The notes under the pieces were generated by a model. It was not told the DNA's origin and did not search any database. It worked only from the letters and a program-made list of their open reading frames with translations. The position numbers and the translations under genes are program-made. A stretch of DNA of 64,000 nucleotides, taken from the NCBI RefSeq assembly GCF_003334385.1, contig NZ_QOWN01000001.1; one strand, written 5' to 3'. Of the stretch, positions 27,230 through 38,662 are shown in pieces (positions within the stretch are counted from its first letter, which is position 1; every line of letters begins with the position of its first letter). This stretch comes from Escherichia coli. Its GTDB lineage: Bacteria > Pseudomonadota > Gammaproteobacteria > Enterobacterales > Enterobacteriaceae.

Positions 27230-28165
27230 ATGACTATTTATTTTATAAATTGGGTTGCAGATTATGAATTAAAAATGATTCAGTACCTGAAAAAAAAGTA
27301 CAAGATAAAAAATATAACAACACCAAAAAAATATAACTGGATTAATAAAAAAATATCAAAAATAGGGATGGATAATGCATGGCTGGGGCGATTATTCATC
27401 AAGCATTACCTCAATGATATTAAAAAAGATGACATAATTATCATTAATGACAGTGTTGTTAATAAAGGTATCAATAAACAAATATTAAAAAATATTAACT
27501 GTCATAAAGTTTTGCTTCTAAGAAATACTGTTGGCGAAGATTTTATTCTTGATAACGCGAATTATTTCGATATTATATATGATTTTGAGCATAGATTTAT
27601 AGGGAATGAAAAGATCAAGGCAATAGAACAATTTTTTCCTATAGGAATGGATGAAATTAGAAATTATAGTTTATCTGACAAAAATAACAGCCAGCCAATA
27701 TGTTTTTTCCTTGGTCGTGATAAAGGGCGTCTTCAAATAATTAATGAGTTAGCCGAGAGATTAACAACACTAGGATGTAAGCTAGATTTTAATGTTGTCA
27801 AAGATAAGACATCATCTACGACTTCAAAGTATTTGATTGAAAAACAAATATCTTATGAAGAGAATATTAGAAGAACATTAAATGCTAATATAATTGTTGA
27901 TATAACCAAAGAAAACCAATCTGGCTGGACTCTTCGTATACTTGAGGCACTATTTTTCAATAAAAAATTAATTACTAATAATATAAATGTATTTGGTTCA
28001 GAAATCTATAGTGAATCTCGCTTTTTTATAATAGGTCATGATGATTGGGATAAGTTAGAGTATTTTATTAACTCATCTGTTAAACCAATGGATTATGATA
28101 GTTTATATAAATTCAGTCCAGATAAAATGATGTCAACGATTGTTTCTGATTTTATAGACAAATAA
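27230..28165 (+). CDS. waaS: LPS core biosynthesis protein WaaS
   Basis: 311 aa; strongly AT-rich coding sequence; position after waaP as in the K-12 core type. Confidence 0.85.
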
Positions 28166-28208
28166 AACCGTTAAAACAGTGAGTTTTACTCAATTAATGA
28201 GAGTTTCT

Positions 28209-29288
28209 ATGAAAATAGCGTTTATCGGCGAAGCTGTTTCTGGATTTGGCGGCATGGAAACTGTCATCCGTGATGTTATTACTACCTTCAGGCAACAACA
28301 TATCCAAAGTGAAATGTTTTTCTTTTGTCGTAATGACAAAATGGATAAGGGATGGCTGGAAGGTATTAAATACTCATGTTCATTTTCCAATATTCGTTTA
28401 GGTTTTTTGCGTCGGGCGAAACATATTCATGCTCTAAGTAAATGGCTTCAGGAGTACCAACCAGATATCGTTATTTGTATTGATGTGATCTCCTGCCTGT
28501 TTGCCGCAAAAGCACGTAAAAAATCAGGAATTGATATGCCAGTATTTTCATGGCCACATTTTTCTTTAGATCACAAAAAACATGCTGAATATATCACCTG
28601 TGCCGACTATCATTTAGCAATCAGCTCTGGCATTAAACAGCAAATGATTAATCGAGGTGTAGCAGAATCGACGATAAATGTTATTTTTAATCCCGTCGAA
28701 ACTAAAGACTCAGTCATTCCCGCGCCCGAGGAAGGTGAAACGGCAACGTTTATTTATGTTGGGCGTATGAAATTTGAAGGCCAGAAAAGAGTTAAAGACC
28801 TGCTTGATGGCTTATCACAAGCGAAAGGTAACTGGAAACTCCATGTATTGGGTGATGGCTCCGATTTCGAAAAATGCCAGGCTTATGGTAGAGAATTAAA
28901 TATTGATGATCGAATTGTCTGGTATGGTTGGCAACAATATCCCTGGGAATTGGTCCAGCAAGATATTGAAAAAGTGAGTGCGTTATTGCTCACGTCATCT
29001 TTTGAAGGTTTCCCAATGACCCTACTTGAAGCCTTGTCGTGGGGGATTCCTTGTATCAGTGCCGATTGTGTCTCCGGGCCTGCTGACATTATTCAACCTG
29101 ATGTCAATGGCCATCTGTATCAACCGGGAGATATTGCTGGTTTTGTAACTCTTCTAAATAAATATATAGCAGGTGAAATTCATATCGAACATGAAAAAAT
29201 TCCTGCGTCGATCGATGAATTTTACCAATCGAAGTATTACGATAGATTACATAAGGTAATTATTTCTGCTATTTCCCGGAGGAAATAA
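28209..29288 (+). CDS. waaB: LPS core 1,6-galactosyltransferase
   Basis: ORF track 28179..29288; start trimmed to MKIAFIGEAVSGFGGMETV (359 aa), GT4 family. Confidence 0.88.
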   Translation: MKIAFIGEAVSGFGGMETVIRDVITTFRQQHIQSEMFFFCRNDKMDKGWLEGIKYSCSFSNIRLGFLRRAKHIHALSKWLQEYQPDIVICIDVISCLFAAKARKKSGIDMPVFSWPHFSLDHKKHAEYITCADYHLAISSGIKQQMINRGVAESTINVIFNPVETKDSVIPAPEEGETATFIYVGRMKFEGQKRVKDLLDGLSQAKGNWKLHVLGDGSDFEKCQAYGRELNIDDRIVWYGWQQYPWELVQQDIEKVSALLLTSSFEGFPMTLLEALSWGIPCISADCVSGPADIIQPDVNGHLYQPGDIAGFVTLLNKYIAGEIHIEHEKIPASIDEFYQSKYYDRLHKVIISAISRRK

Positions 29289-30307
29289 TGCAGCAGGTGT
29301 TTTTCCAGGAAACTGAGTTTCTTAATTCAGTTATTGATTATGATCATAAAGTAGAAACAGAAAATCTTTGTCTGGACATCGCTTATGGAACTGACAAAAA
29401 CTTTCTATTTGGTTGCGGAATTTCGATTGCTTCAATATTAAAATATAATGAAGGAAGTCGATTGTGTTTCCATATTTTTACTGATTATTTTGGTGATGAT
29501 GATCGTAAGTATTTTGATGCCCTGGCGTTGCAGTATAAAACCAGAATTAAAATATATCTGATTAATGGTGATCGACTGCGCTCATTGCCTAGCACTAAGA
29601 ATTGGACTCATGCAATATATTTTCGTTTTGTTATTGCAGATTACTTTATTAATAAGGCGCCTAAAGTCCTTTATCTGGATGCAGATATCATTTGTCAGGG
29701 GACTATTGAGCCACTAATTAATTTCTCATTTCCTGACGATAAAGTCGCAATGGTTGTTACAGAAGGGCAAGCTGACTGGTGGGAAAAACGCGCCCATTCG
29801 TTAGGTGTTGCGGGAATTGCTAAAGGTTACTTTAACTCCGGTTTTTTATTGATTAATACTGCCCAATGGGCGGCTCAGCAGGTTTCTGCACGAGCTATTG
29901 CAATGCTAAATGAGCCAGAAATAATCAAAAAAATAACACATCCTGATCAGGATGTGTTAAATATGTTGCTGGCGGATAAACTTATTTTCGCTGATATTAA
30001 ATATAACACCCAGTTCAGCTTAAATTATCAACTCAAAGAAAGCTTTATAAACCCAGTAACCAACGATACTATTTTTATCCATTATATCGGGCCAACCAAG
30101 CCCTGGCATGATTGGGCCTGGGATTATCCTGTATCACAAGCCTTTATGGAGGCAAAAAATGCTTCGCCATGGAAGAATACGGCGTTGCTGAAACCGAACA
30201 ATAGCAATCAATTAAGATATAGCGCAAAACATATGCTTAAAAAGCATAGATATCTAAAAGGATTTAGCAACTATCTTTTTTATTTTATTGAAAAGATAAA
30301 GCATTAA
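29288..30307 (+). CDS. waaO: LPS core 1,3-glucosyltransferase (GT8)
   Basis: 339 aa; GT8 motifs; paralogous to the next gene. Confidence 0.88.
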   Translation: MQQVFFQETEFLNSVIDYDHKVETENLCLDIAYGTDKNFLFGCGISIASILKYNEGSRLCFHIFTDYFGDDDRKYFDALALQYKTRIKIYLINGDRLRSLPSTKNWTHAIYFRFVIADYFINKAPKVLYLDADIICQGTIEPLINFSFPDDKVAMVVTEGQADWWEKRAHSLGVAGIAKGYFNSGFLLINTAQWAAQQVSARAIAMLNEPEIIKKITHPDQDVLNMLLADKLIFADIKYNTQFSLNYQLKESFINPVTNDTIFIHYIGPTKPWHDWAWDYPVSQAFMEAKNASPWKNTALLKPNNSNQLRYSAKHMLKKHRYLKGFSNYLFYFIEKIKH

Positions 30308-30346
30308 AACTGGGAAACTATAAAGTAATGATATAAGGGTAGCATT

Positions 30347-31363
30347 GTGGACTCATTTCCTGCCATAGAGATAGATAAAGTTAAAGCCTGGGATTTTCGG
30401 CTAGCTAATATAAATACTTCTGAATGTTTAAATGTTGCCTATGGTGTCGATGCTAATTATCTTGATGGTGTAGGTGTTTCCATCACATCAATTGTCCTAA
30501 ATAATCGACATATTAATCTTGATTTTTATATTATTGCTGATGTTTATAATGATGGTTTTTTTCAAAAAATTGCAAAGCTTGCAGAGCAAAACCAATTAAG
30601 AATCACGTTATATAGAATTAACACTGATAAGCTCCAGTGCTTGCCTTGTACACAGGTCTGGTCAAGAGCAATGTACTTCCGTTTATTTGCATTTCAATTA
30701 TTGGGTTTAACGCTTGATCGTTTGCTTTATCTTGATGCAGATGTTGTTTGTAAAGGCGATATTAGCCAACTATTACATCTGGGTTTAAATGGAGCGGTTG
30801 CTGCTGTTGTTAAAGATGTTGAGCCAATGCAAGAAAAGGCGGTATCCAGGTTGTCTGATCCTGAATTACTTGGGCAGTACTTTAATTCCGGTGTCGTTTA
30901 TTTAGACTTAAAAAAATGGGCTGACGCAAAACTAACAGAAAAAGCGTTGTCTATTCTTATGAGTAAAGATAATGTTTATAAATACCCTGATCAGGATGTT
31001 ATGAATGTCTTACTGAAAGGGATGACATTATTTTTGCCTCGTGAGTACAATACAATTTATACAATTAAAAGTGAATTAAAAGACAAAACACATCAAAACT
31101 ATAAAAAGCTGATTACAGAAAGTACTCTTCTTATTCATTATACAGGTGCAACTAAACCGTGGCACAAATGGGCAATTTATCCATCGGTAAAATACTATAA
31201 AATAGCTTTAGAAAATTCCCCCTGGAAAGATGACTCTCCACGAGATGCGAAATCAATTATTGAATTTAAAAAAAGATATAAACATCTTTTAGTGCAACAT
31301 CATTATATCTCAGGAATTATAGCAGGAGTCTGTTATCTTTGCCGAAAATATTACCGTAAATAA
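30347..31363 (+). CDS. waaJ: LPS core 1,2-glucosyltransferase (GT8)
   Basis: 338 aa; GT8 motifs (NVAYGVDANYL, DQDVMN). Confidence 0.88.
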   Translation: MDSFPAIEIDKVKAWDFRLANINTSECLNVAYGVDANYLDGVGVSITSIVLNNRHINLDFYIIADVYNDGFFQKIAKLAEQNQLRITLYRINTDKLQCLPCTQVWSRAMYFRLFAFQLLGLTLDRLLYLDADVVCKGDISQLLHLGLNGAVAAVVKDVEPMQEKAVSRLSDPELLGQYFNSGVVYLDLKKWADAKLTEKALSILMSKDNVYKYPDQDVMNVLLKGMTLFLPREYNTIYTIKSELKDKTHQNYKKLITESTLLIHYTGATKPWHKWAIYPSVKYYKIALENSPWKDDSPRDAKSIIEFKKRYKHLLVQHHYISGIIAGVCYLCRKYYRK

Positions 31364-31380
31364 CATTTAACTGGTTTATT

Positions 31381-32079
31381 ATGATTCAGAAGAGCAAGAT
31401 CAAAGACTTGGTTGTTTTTACCGATGAAAACAATTCAAAGTACCTCAATGTATTAAATGACTTCTTGTCTTATAATATAAATATCATCAAGGTTTTTCGT
31501 TCTATTGATGATACAAAAGTTATGCTTATTGATACCGATTACGGTAAATTGATTCTTAAGGTTTTTTCTCCGAAAGTTAAGCGTAACGAACGTTTCTTTA
31601 AGTCTCTGTTAAAAGGTGATTATTACGAACGCCTTTTTGAGCAAACCCAAAAAGTACGAAATGAAGGGTTAAATACACTCAATGACTTTTATTTATTGGC
31701 TGAACGGAAAACCTTACGTTTTGTCCATACTTATATCATGATCATCGAGTATATTGATGGCATAGAGTTGTGTGATATGCCCGATATTGATGATGCGCTA
31801 AAAAATAAAATTCAGCAATCAATTAATGCCTTACATCAACATGGCATGGTTTCTGGCGACCCCCATCGTGGTAACTTCATTATAAAAAATGGTGAGGTTC
31901 GAATTATCGATCTCTCCGGAAAGCGTGCTTCAGCGCAGCGTAAAGCGAAAGATCGTATTGACTTAGAGCGTCATTACGGTATTAAAAATGAGATTAGAGA
32001 TCTAGGCTATTATCTTTTAGTATATCGTAAAAAAATGCGCAATTTTATGCGGCGTTTGAAAGGGAAACCAGCGCGCTAA
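31381..32079 (+). CDS. waaY: LPS core heptose(II) kinase
   Basis: 232 aa; kinase-like motif GDPHRGNFI. Confidence 0.88.
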   Translation: MIQKSKIKDLVVFTDENNSKYLNVLNDFLSYNINIIKVFRSIDDTKVMLIDTDYGKLILKVFSPKVKRNERFFKSLLKGDYYERLFEQTQKVRNEGLNTLNDFYLLAERKTLRFVHTYIMIIEYIDGIELCDMPDIDDALKNKIQQSINALHQHGMVSGDPHRGNFIIKNGEVRIIDLSGKRASAQRKAKDRIDLERHYGIKNEIRDLGYYLLVYRKKMRNFMRRLKGKPAR

Positions 32080-32149
32080 AAAAAATCCCACAATTACATG
32101 TCTTCACCAGGACAGTTTTAAGCGGAGTTATTTATTTCACAGGTTTATC

Positions 32150-33001
32150 ATGAAGAATATTAGATACATTGACAAAAAAGATGTTGAAAACCTGATTGAA
32201 AATAAAACATCTGATGATGTTATTATTTTTCTTTCGGGCCCTACATCGCAAAAAACACCTTTGTCAGTATTACGAACAAAGGATATTATTGCTGTCAATG
32301 GTTCTGCGCAATATCTGTTAAGTAATAATATCGTTCCTTTTATATATGTACTTACAGATGTCCGATTTTTACATCAGCGTCGTGATGATTTTTATAAATT
32401 TAGCCAGAGAAGTCGTTATACCATAGTAAACGTTGACGTTTATGAACACGCTTCCAAAGAAGATAAACTTTATATCCTCCAGAACTGCCTCGTATTACGG
32501 TCCTTTTACCGTCGGGAAAAAGGTGGTTTTATAAAGAAGATTAAATTTAATATTTTGAGACAGATTCACAAAGAACTGCTGATCTCTGTACCGTTGTCTA
32601 AAAAAGGTCGTCTGGTTGGATTTTGCAAGGACATTAGTCTTGGTTATTGCTCATGCCATACTATTGCCTTTGCTGCAATTCAAATCGCATATTCACTTAA
32701 GTATGCGCGGATTATTTGTTCTGGTCTTGATTTAACGGGTAGCTGTTCTCGTTTCTATGATGAGAATAAAAATCCCATGCCCTCGGAATTAAGTAGGGAT
32801 TTATTCAAAATATTGCCATTTTTTCGTTTTATGCATGATAATGTAAAAGATATTAATATTTATAATTTATCAGATGATACAGCTATTTCTTACGATGTAA
32901 TTCCATTTATTAAACTTCAAGACATCAGTGCAGAAGAATCAAAAGATATGACAAGGAAAAAAATGCAATATAGAACTTCAACCGATTCTTATGCTAATTA
33001 A
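32150..33001 (+). CDS. waaZ: LPS core biosynthesis protein WaaZ
   Basis: 283 aa; position and length as in the K-12 core cluster. Confidence 0.85.
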   Translation: MKNIRYIDKKDVENLIENKTSDDVIIFLSGPTSQKTPLSVLRTKDIIAVNGSAQYLLSNNIVPFIYVLTDVRFLHQRRDDFYKFSQRSRYTIVNVDVYEHASKEDKLYILQNCLVLRSFYRREKGGFIKKIKFNILRQIHKELLISVPLSKKGRLVGFCKDISLGYCSCHTIAFAAIQIAYSLKYARIICSGLDLTGSCSRFYDENKNPMPSELSRDLFKILPFFRFMHDNVKDINIYNLSDDTAISYDVIPFIKLQDISAEESKDMTRKKMQYRTSTDSYAN

Positions 33002-33033
33002 TCATCCTGAAACTAAAATAATATGGTATAAAA

Positions 33034-34107
33034 ATGCGCTTAGGAACTTTTCACAAAAAGAAAAGATTTTATATAAACAAAATCAAGATTAATTTCCTTT
33101 CTTTTTTATTTCGTAATAAAATAAATAATCAAATTACAGATCCAGCACAAGTTAAATCATGCCTTATTATTCATGATAATAATAAACTTGGTGATCTAAT
33201 TGTATTAAGTTCGATTTATCGTGAACTTTATAGTAAAGGGGTTAAAATAACTCTTCTCACAAATAGAAAGGGTGGGGAATTTCTCTCTAATAATAAAAAT
33301 ATATTTGAGTTCTGTATTAAAGAATCAACCGGTTTTCTTGAAATGCTTACTCTATGTAAGCATCTGCGGGATTTACAGTTCGATATTGTATTAGACCCCT
33401 TTGAAACTATGCCCTCATTTAAGCATAGCTTAATATTATCAAGTTTAAAAGATTCTTACATTCTGGGTTTTGATCATTGGTATAAGCGTTACTATTCATT
33501 TTACCATCCCCACGATGAATGTTTAAAAGAACATATGAGTACACGAGCAATAGAAATACTGAAGCATATTTATGGTGAGGGTAAATTTTCCACCAACTAC
33601 GACTTGCATTTACCAGTAGATGTTGAAGATAAAATAAAAGAATTTATTGGAGATACAAGAATAGTCATTATTAATCCATTAGGTGCAAAAAAAATATGCC
33701 GTCTTACGTTTGAGCAAATAAAAGTTATATATCAAGAAGTGAAAACACACTTTGAAAATTATCGGATTATATTTACCGGGTTACCGCAAGATTTATTGAC
33801 AATACCAATACTTGAAATCGAAACACTACCATTTGATGAGTTTATTTATACCGTTGCGTTGACCAAGTATAGTGATTTTGTCATTTCTGTTGATACAGCT
33901 CTTGTTCATATCGCTGCGGCTTATCATAAACCAACGCTTGCATTTTACCCTAATTCACGTACTCCGGAATATCCCTCGCATTTAATTTGGTCCCCGAATC
34001 ATCATAAATCTATACAAATAGTATCCCCAACATATACGGTAAAAGATATCGATACTGAAACTTTAACTAATTCAGTAAAGAGATTAAGTTGTATAGATAA
34101 GAAGTGA
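33034..34107 (+). CDS. waaU: LPS core heptosyltransferase IV
   Basis: 357 aa GT9-like protein at the end of the waaQ operon. Confidence 0.85.
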   Translation: MRLGTFHKKKRFYINKIKINFLSFLFRNKINNQITDPAQVKSCLIIHDNNKLGDLIVLSSIYRELYSKGVKITLLTNRKGGEFLSNNKNIFEFCIKESTGFLEMLTLCKHLRDLQFDIVLDPFETMPSFKHSLILSSLKDSYILGFDHWYKRYYSFYHPHDECLKEHMSTRAIEILKHIYGEGKFSTNYDLHLPVDVEDKIKEFIGDTRIVIINPLGAKKICRLTFEQIKVIYQEVKTHFENYRIIFTGLPQDLLTIPILEIETLPFDEFIYTVALTKYSDFVISVDTALVHIAAAYHKPTLAFYPNSRTPEYPSHLIWSPNHHKSIQIVSPTYTVKDIDTETLTNSVKRLSCIDKK

Positions 34108-34138
34108 GTTTTAACTCACTTCTTAAACTTGTTTATTC

Positions 34139-35398
34139 TTAATTAATTGTATTGTTACGATTATTAATGACGAGTAAGAGGACTATAGCGGATATAATGA
34201 TAATTGGAATGCTGCGTGCCCATATGATCACATCACTGAGTCCAATCCCCACAATGCCAAGCGTTAATATCAACAAACCCAAAGCTCGTTTTTTATATGC
34301 TATATAAAATAGTGAAAAATAGAGGAAAAGTGTGGAAAAAATTCCCATCAGACCTTTCAGTGACCCTGCTTCAATTATCTCATTATGTAGATGTACGTTA
34401 GAAAACTCCAATGCCCCTCTTAGCCTATTGTGTTCTGCAACTAACAAATTCATACTTTCAGCGCGTGACTCTGCTGATCTAAATGAAAAAGGTGACTTTA
34501 TGAATATATTTAAACCAATTTCGTACATTGCCAGTCTTGCACCTAGGGAAGTAACACTATTAGCATTGGTATAACTGTTTAAGTCATTTAATGCTTCATT
34601 ATAGCGATTCTGTATTGGTTTATTAAATATAATAACAATGCTAGCTAATATAGCAATTAGTAGAACAATAGAGGAAGTGAATTTCTTGGGTGATTTATTA
34701 TAATAAGCTATTAATGCAGCAACACAAATTATAGGGAACAGGAGTAGGGTTGCTCTGGTTTGTGTTAGCGCCAGAACATAAAGTACCGCGCAACTATTTA
34801 ATAAAAATAAAAAAGGATGATTTTTCTTAGTATAAAGAATCGCAACGCCACTAACTATCCCTATTAGCATTGTTGAATATGCTGCTCCTGTTGCCGTTCC
34901 TACACCAAAAGAAATGCGGTCATTTTCATGAATGCTATTAATATACATTGCATATCCAGCAATTAGAAATGACAGAGAATACAAAGTGTATAATACACTC
35001 TCTTTTTTTGATTTTAGCTGGCTAGTTAGTGTCAAGAAAACAATAAAAGAACCAAATATAAATATTTTGGCAGTATTTAAATAACTATGGTAAGTAGCAC
35101 GAAATGGCGAATTATCTACTTTAAACGCAGAATACCAAATTAAATCAAGCAAGCCTATTAAAAATATAGAAAGGGGAAGAATAAGGTTTTTTATATTATA
35201 ATTTTCTTGTCTGCCACGTAAAATTAGTGACAATAAGCAAACTATAGCAGTGATATTATATATTTTTATGCTGAAAGTATTATCGACGAATGCAATTATC
35301 ATTGAAAAAAAACATAATATATAAGTTATTATCTCTAAAATCATTGATGATTTCAGAGTGTAAGGTTTCAATGAATGAAGTTTAAAGGATGTTAGCAT
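34139..35398 (-). CDS. waaL: O-antigen ligase
   Basis: 419 aa polytopic membrane protein; last gene of the hldD-waaF-waaC-waaL operon. Confidence 0.88.
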   Translation of the reverse strand: MLTSFKLHSLKPYTLKSSMILEIITYILCFFSMIIAFVDNTFSIKIYNITAIVCLLSLILRGRQENYNIKNLILPLSIFLIGLLDLIWYSAFKVDNSPFRATYHSYLNTAKIFIFGSFIVFLTLTSQLKSKKESVLYTLYSLSFLIAGYAMYINSIHENDRISFGVGTATGAAYSTMLIGIVSGVAILYTKKNHPFLFLLNSCAVLYVLALTQTRATLLLFPIICVAALIAYYNKSPKKFTSSIVLLIAILASIVIIFNKPIQNRYNEALNDLNSYTNANSVTSLGARLAMYEIGLNIFIKSPFSFRSAESRAESMNLLVAEHNRLRGALEFSNVHLHNEIIEAGSLKGLMGIFSTLFLYFSLFYIAYKKRALGLLILTLGIVGIGLSDVIIWARSIPIIIISAIVLLLVINNRNNTIN

Positions 35399-35407
35399 GT
35401 TTTACCT

Positions 35408-36367
35408 TTATAATGATGATAACTTTTCCAAAACTGCTTGACTGTTGAGGTTAATTAAATTTTCTCTTGGAGCCCTACATACCATCTGATTCTTCCCATA
35501 CCCACCAATTAATCCCGGATCGGTTGGTCCATAAACCGTGATATTGGGTCTATCCAGTGCCGCCGTTAAATGGCTTAACCCCGTATCCACCGACACTACA
35601 AATTTAGCCCCGGCCAGCACGCGGGCAACGCCTTCCAGACTCATCTTCGGCAATACTTCAACATAAGCAAATCCTTCCGCCAGTCGTTTCGCCCGTTCTT
35701 CCTCATGCGGCGCGCCCCACGGAAGTTTAATCCGTATTCCTGAATCAGCCAGTAAACCAATCAATTCTCGCCAGTGTTCTTCCGGCCAGTGTTTATCATC
35801 ACGGGTCGTCGCATGAAGAAATACGGCATATTCGCCAGCATCTGTAGGCAGGTTCGTCAGAAAATGCTGTGCGATAGCATAATCGCCCTGGGTTTGCGGT
35901 TTGCTATAGCCCAAACTTTTGGCAAACAGTTCGCGGGTGCGTTCTACGGCGTGCTGCTGTTTTGCAATATGATGCTTACGATTGTAAAACAGGCTGGCTA
36001 AAGGTTCGCGAGCGGTTTGCCAGTCCATGCCATGCTTTACGCCATGCGCCAGACGCGTCACCAGCGCCGCGCTTTTTACCAGCCCCTGAGCGTCGATAAC
36101 TGCGTCATAGTTCTCTGCTTGTAGCGCTTCACGAAACGCTTTGCGTTCCGCTTTTATGGGGGCCGAGAACCAGGCTTTACGCCAGCGACGTATTGCCACA
36201 GGAATAACTCGCTCAACGGCAGCGTGCCAGGAAGGAATCTGTGCGAACCCTTCTTCCACCACCCAGTCAAACTTAATCCCTGGGATTGCCTGCTGGGCAT
36301 CAGTGAGTGCGGGCAACGTATGGAGAACATCGCCCATCGACGATGTTTTAACGATCAAAACCCGCAT
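35408..36367 (-). CDS. waaC: LPS heptosyltransferase I
   Basis: 319 aa, MRVLIVKTSSMGDVLHTLPALTDA. Confidence 0.92.
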   Translation of the reverse strand: MRVLIVKTSSMGDVLHTLPALTDAQQAIPGIKFDWVVEEGFAQIPSWHAAVERVIPVAIRRWRKAWFSAPIKAERKAFREALQAENYDAVIDAQGLVKSAALVTRLAHGVKHGMDWQTAREPLASLFYNRKHHIAKQQHAVERTRELFAKSLGYSKPQTQGDYAIAQHFLTNLPTDAGEYAVFLHATTRDDKHWPEEHWRELIGLLADSGIRIKLPWGAPHEEERAKRLAEGFAYVEVLPKMSLEGVARVLAGAKFVVSVDTGLSHLTAALDRPNITVYGPTDPGLIGGYGKNQMVCRAPRENLINLNSQAVLEKLSSL

Positions 36368-36370
36368 CCG

Positions 36371-37417
36371 TCAGGCTTCCTCTTGTAACAATAGCGCGTT
36401 GAGTTCTTCCAGTACGCGCTGGGGAGTAATGTTGATTAAGCTCTGGTGATAACCCTCCGCAGCGTCACCTTTACGCACTTTGTGATAGCCGGTAATCAAA
36501 CGGATCACGCGCGCTTTATGGGATAGCGGCGGTGTGAAGTCCGGGCTACTCGGACCATACAGGGCAACCAGCGGACGATTGAGCGCCGCCGCAACATGCA
36601 TCAGGCCAGAATCGTTAGTGACAATGGCTTTACAGGCTGCAATCAGGATAACCGCTTGATCAAGCTGTGTTTCCCCCGCCAGGTTCCGACACCATGCCTG
36701 CTGCTCGGTATTCAAAGCGGCAAGAATCTCATTGCCCGCTTCATGATCTTTCGCCGAGCCAAACAGAACCACCTGATAACCTTCATCAATCAGCTGCTTT
36801 GCCAGCTCCGCATAGTGGTAGTGTGGCCAGCGTTTTGCCGGACCAAACTCCGCACCCGGGCAAAAACCAATCATCGGACGTTCTGATGAAAGCGAAAATT
36901 GATTACAGGTATATGATTTTTCACCTTCGCTCACCTGCAACTGCGGCCATAACAATGGCTGCGGCAGATCTTGTGCTGTGCGCATAATGCCTTTGTCATA
37001 GGCCAGCGCTATATAGCGTTCCACCATTAGCGGCCAGGCTTCTTTATCGAGCACGCGTACATCGTTGAGTAAACCGTAGCGCATCTCGCCGCGCCAGCCG
37101 GTGCGATGAGGAATACCCGCGAAGAAAGGCACTAATGCAGATTTGAAGGAGTTGGGTAAGACGTAGGCGCGGTCGTAGCGCTTTTCACGCAGGCTATGAC
37201 CCAGTTTGCGGCGTTCGCCGATTTCCAGCGCTCCGTGACCGAGAGGCATAGGAATAGCTTCGTTAACTTCCGGCATCCGCGATAATAATGGACGGCACCA
37301 TGCCGGTGCCATCACATCGATTATCGCCTGGGGATAGCGCGCCTGGAGCGTGCGATAGAGACTTTGCGACATCATCATGTCGCCAACCCAAGACGGGCCG
37401 ATCACCAGTATTTTCAT
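36371..37417 (-). CDS. waaF: LPS heptosyltransferase II
   Basis: 348 aa, MKILVIGPSWVGDMMMSQSLYRTL. Confidence 0.92.
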   Translation of the reverse strand: MKILVIGPSWVGDMMMSQSLYRTLQARYPQAIIDVMAPAWCRPLLSRMPEVNEAIPMPLGHGALEIGERRKLGHSLREKRYDRAYVLPNSFKSALVPFFAGIPHRTGWRGEMRYGLLNDVRVLDKEAWPLMVERYIALAYDKGIMRTAQDLPQPLLWPQLQVSEGEKSYTCNQFSLSSERPMIGFCPGAEFGPAKRWPHYHYAELAKQLIDEGYQVVLFGSAKDHEAGNEILAALNTEQQAWCRNLAGETQLDQAVILIAACKAIVTNDSGLMHVAAALNRPLVALYGPSSPDFTPPLSHKARVIRLITGYHKVRKGDAAEGYHQSLINITPQRVLEELNALLLQEEA

Positions 37418-37426
37418 GCAGAGCTC

Positions 37427-38359
37427 TTATGCGTCGCGATTCAGCCAGGCCATGTATTCCGTTACACCTTCAGCAACGGTTTTGAACGGTTTGTCGTAAC
37501 CCGCCGCGCGCAGATTTGTCAGATCTGCCTGAGTGAACGCCTGATAGCGGCCTTTCAGTTTATCCGGGAACGGAATGTATTCGATCTGGCCTTTCTTGTG
37601 ATAAGCCAGCGTAGCATCAGCTACCGCCTGGAAGGATTCCGCACGACCAGTACCGAGATTGAAGATGCCGGAAACGCCATTTTCCAGGAACCACAGATTC
37701 ACATCAGCCACGTCGCCCACATAGACGAAGTCGCGTTTGAAGTTCTCGCTACCTTCAAACAGCTTCGGTGATTCACCGTTGTTAAGCTGGGTGTTGAGAT
37801 GGAAAGCGACGCTCGCCATGCTGCCTTTATGGCCTTCACGCGGTCCATAAACGTTGAAATAACGGAAGCCAACAATCTGCGAGTTCGCTTCAGGCAGGAT
37901 TTGACGAACATATTCATCAAACAGGAATTTTGAGTAACCGTAGACGTTCAACGGTTTTTCGTACTCGCGGGATTCAATAAAGTCGGAGGTGCGTCCGCCG
38001 TAGGTGGCTGCGGAAGAAGCGTACAGGAACGGGATTTCACGCTCCAGGCAGTAGTGCAGCAGCTCCTTGGAGTATTGATAGTTGTTATCCATCATATACT
38101 TGCCGTCCCACTCGGTGGTGGAAGAGCACGCGCCTTCGTGGAAAATCGCTTCGACATCGCCGAACTCTTCGCCAGCCATAATCTGGATCAGGAAGTCTTC
38201 CTTATCCATATAGTCTGCGATATTCAGATCCACCAGGTTCACAAACTTGGTGCCGTCTTTCAGGTTGTCCACCACCAGAATATCGGTGATGCCTTTATCA
38301 TTCAGGGCTTTAACGATGTTGCTGCCGATAAAGCCCGCGCCGCCGGTAACGATGATCAT
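37427..38359 (-). CDS. hldD: ADP-L-glycero-D-manno-heptose 6-epimerase
   Basis: 310 aa, [23 protein letters not shown] (Rossmann fold). Confidence 0.93.
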
Positions 38360-38662
38360 AACTGTAACCTTCGAATTATGGAGTCAGAGACAATCTCAGA
38401 CACGAATGTCTGTAATCATACCATCACATCCGAATCCCTTCAGCCCTTTACATAGAGGTGCAAGGATGCTAATTGCAACAAACTAGTTTGGGTTTTAGCT
38501 AGTCCTTCATGGCGGATGTTGGTTTTGCATGTGAATAGTGCTTTAGTATCAATATTCCGATGTATGATAAATAACGGAAGCATTTGAATGGATAATATAC
38601 AGTATACATTCTATTAATATTTATGATATAATTCTTTTTTTATATTAATGGTCTTATTAGTA

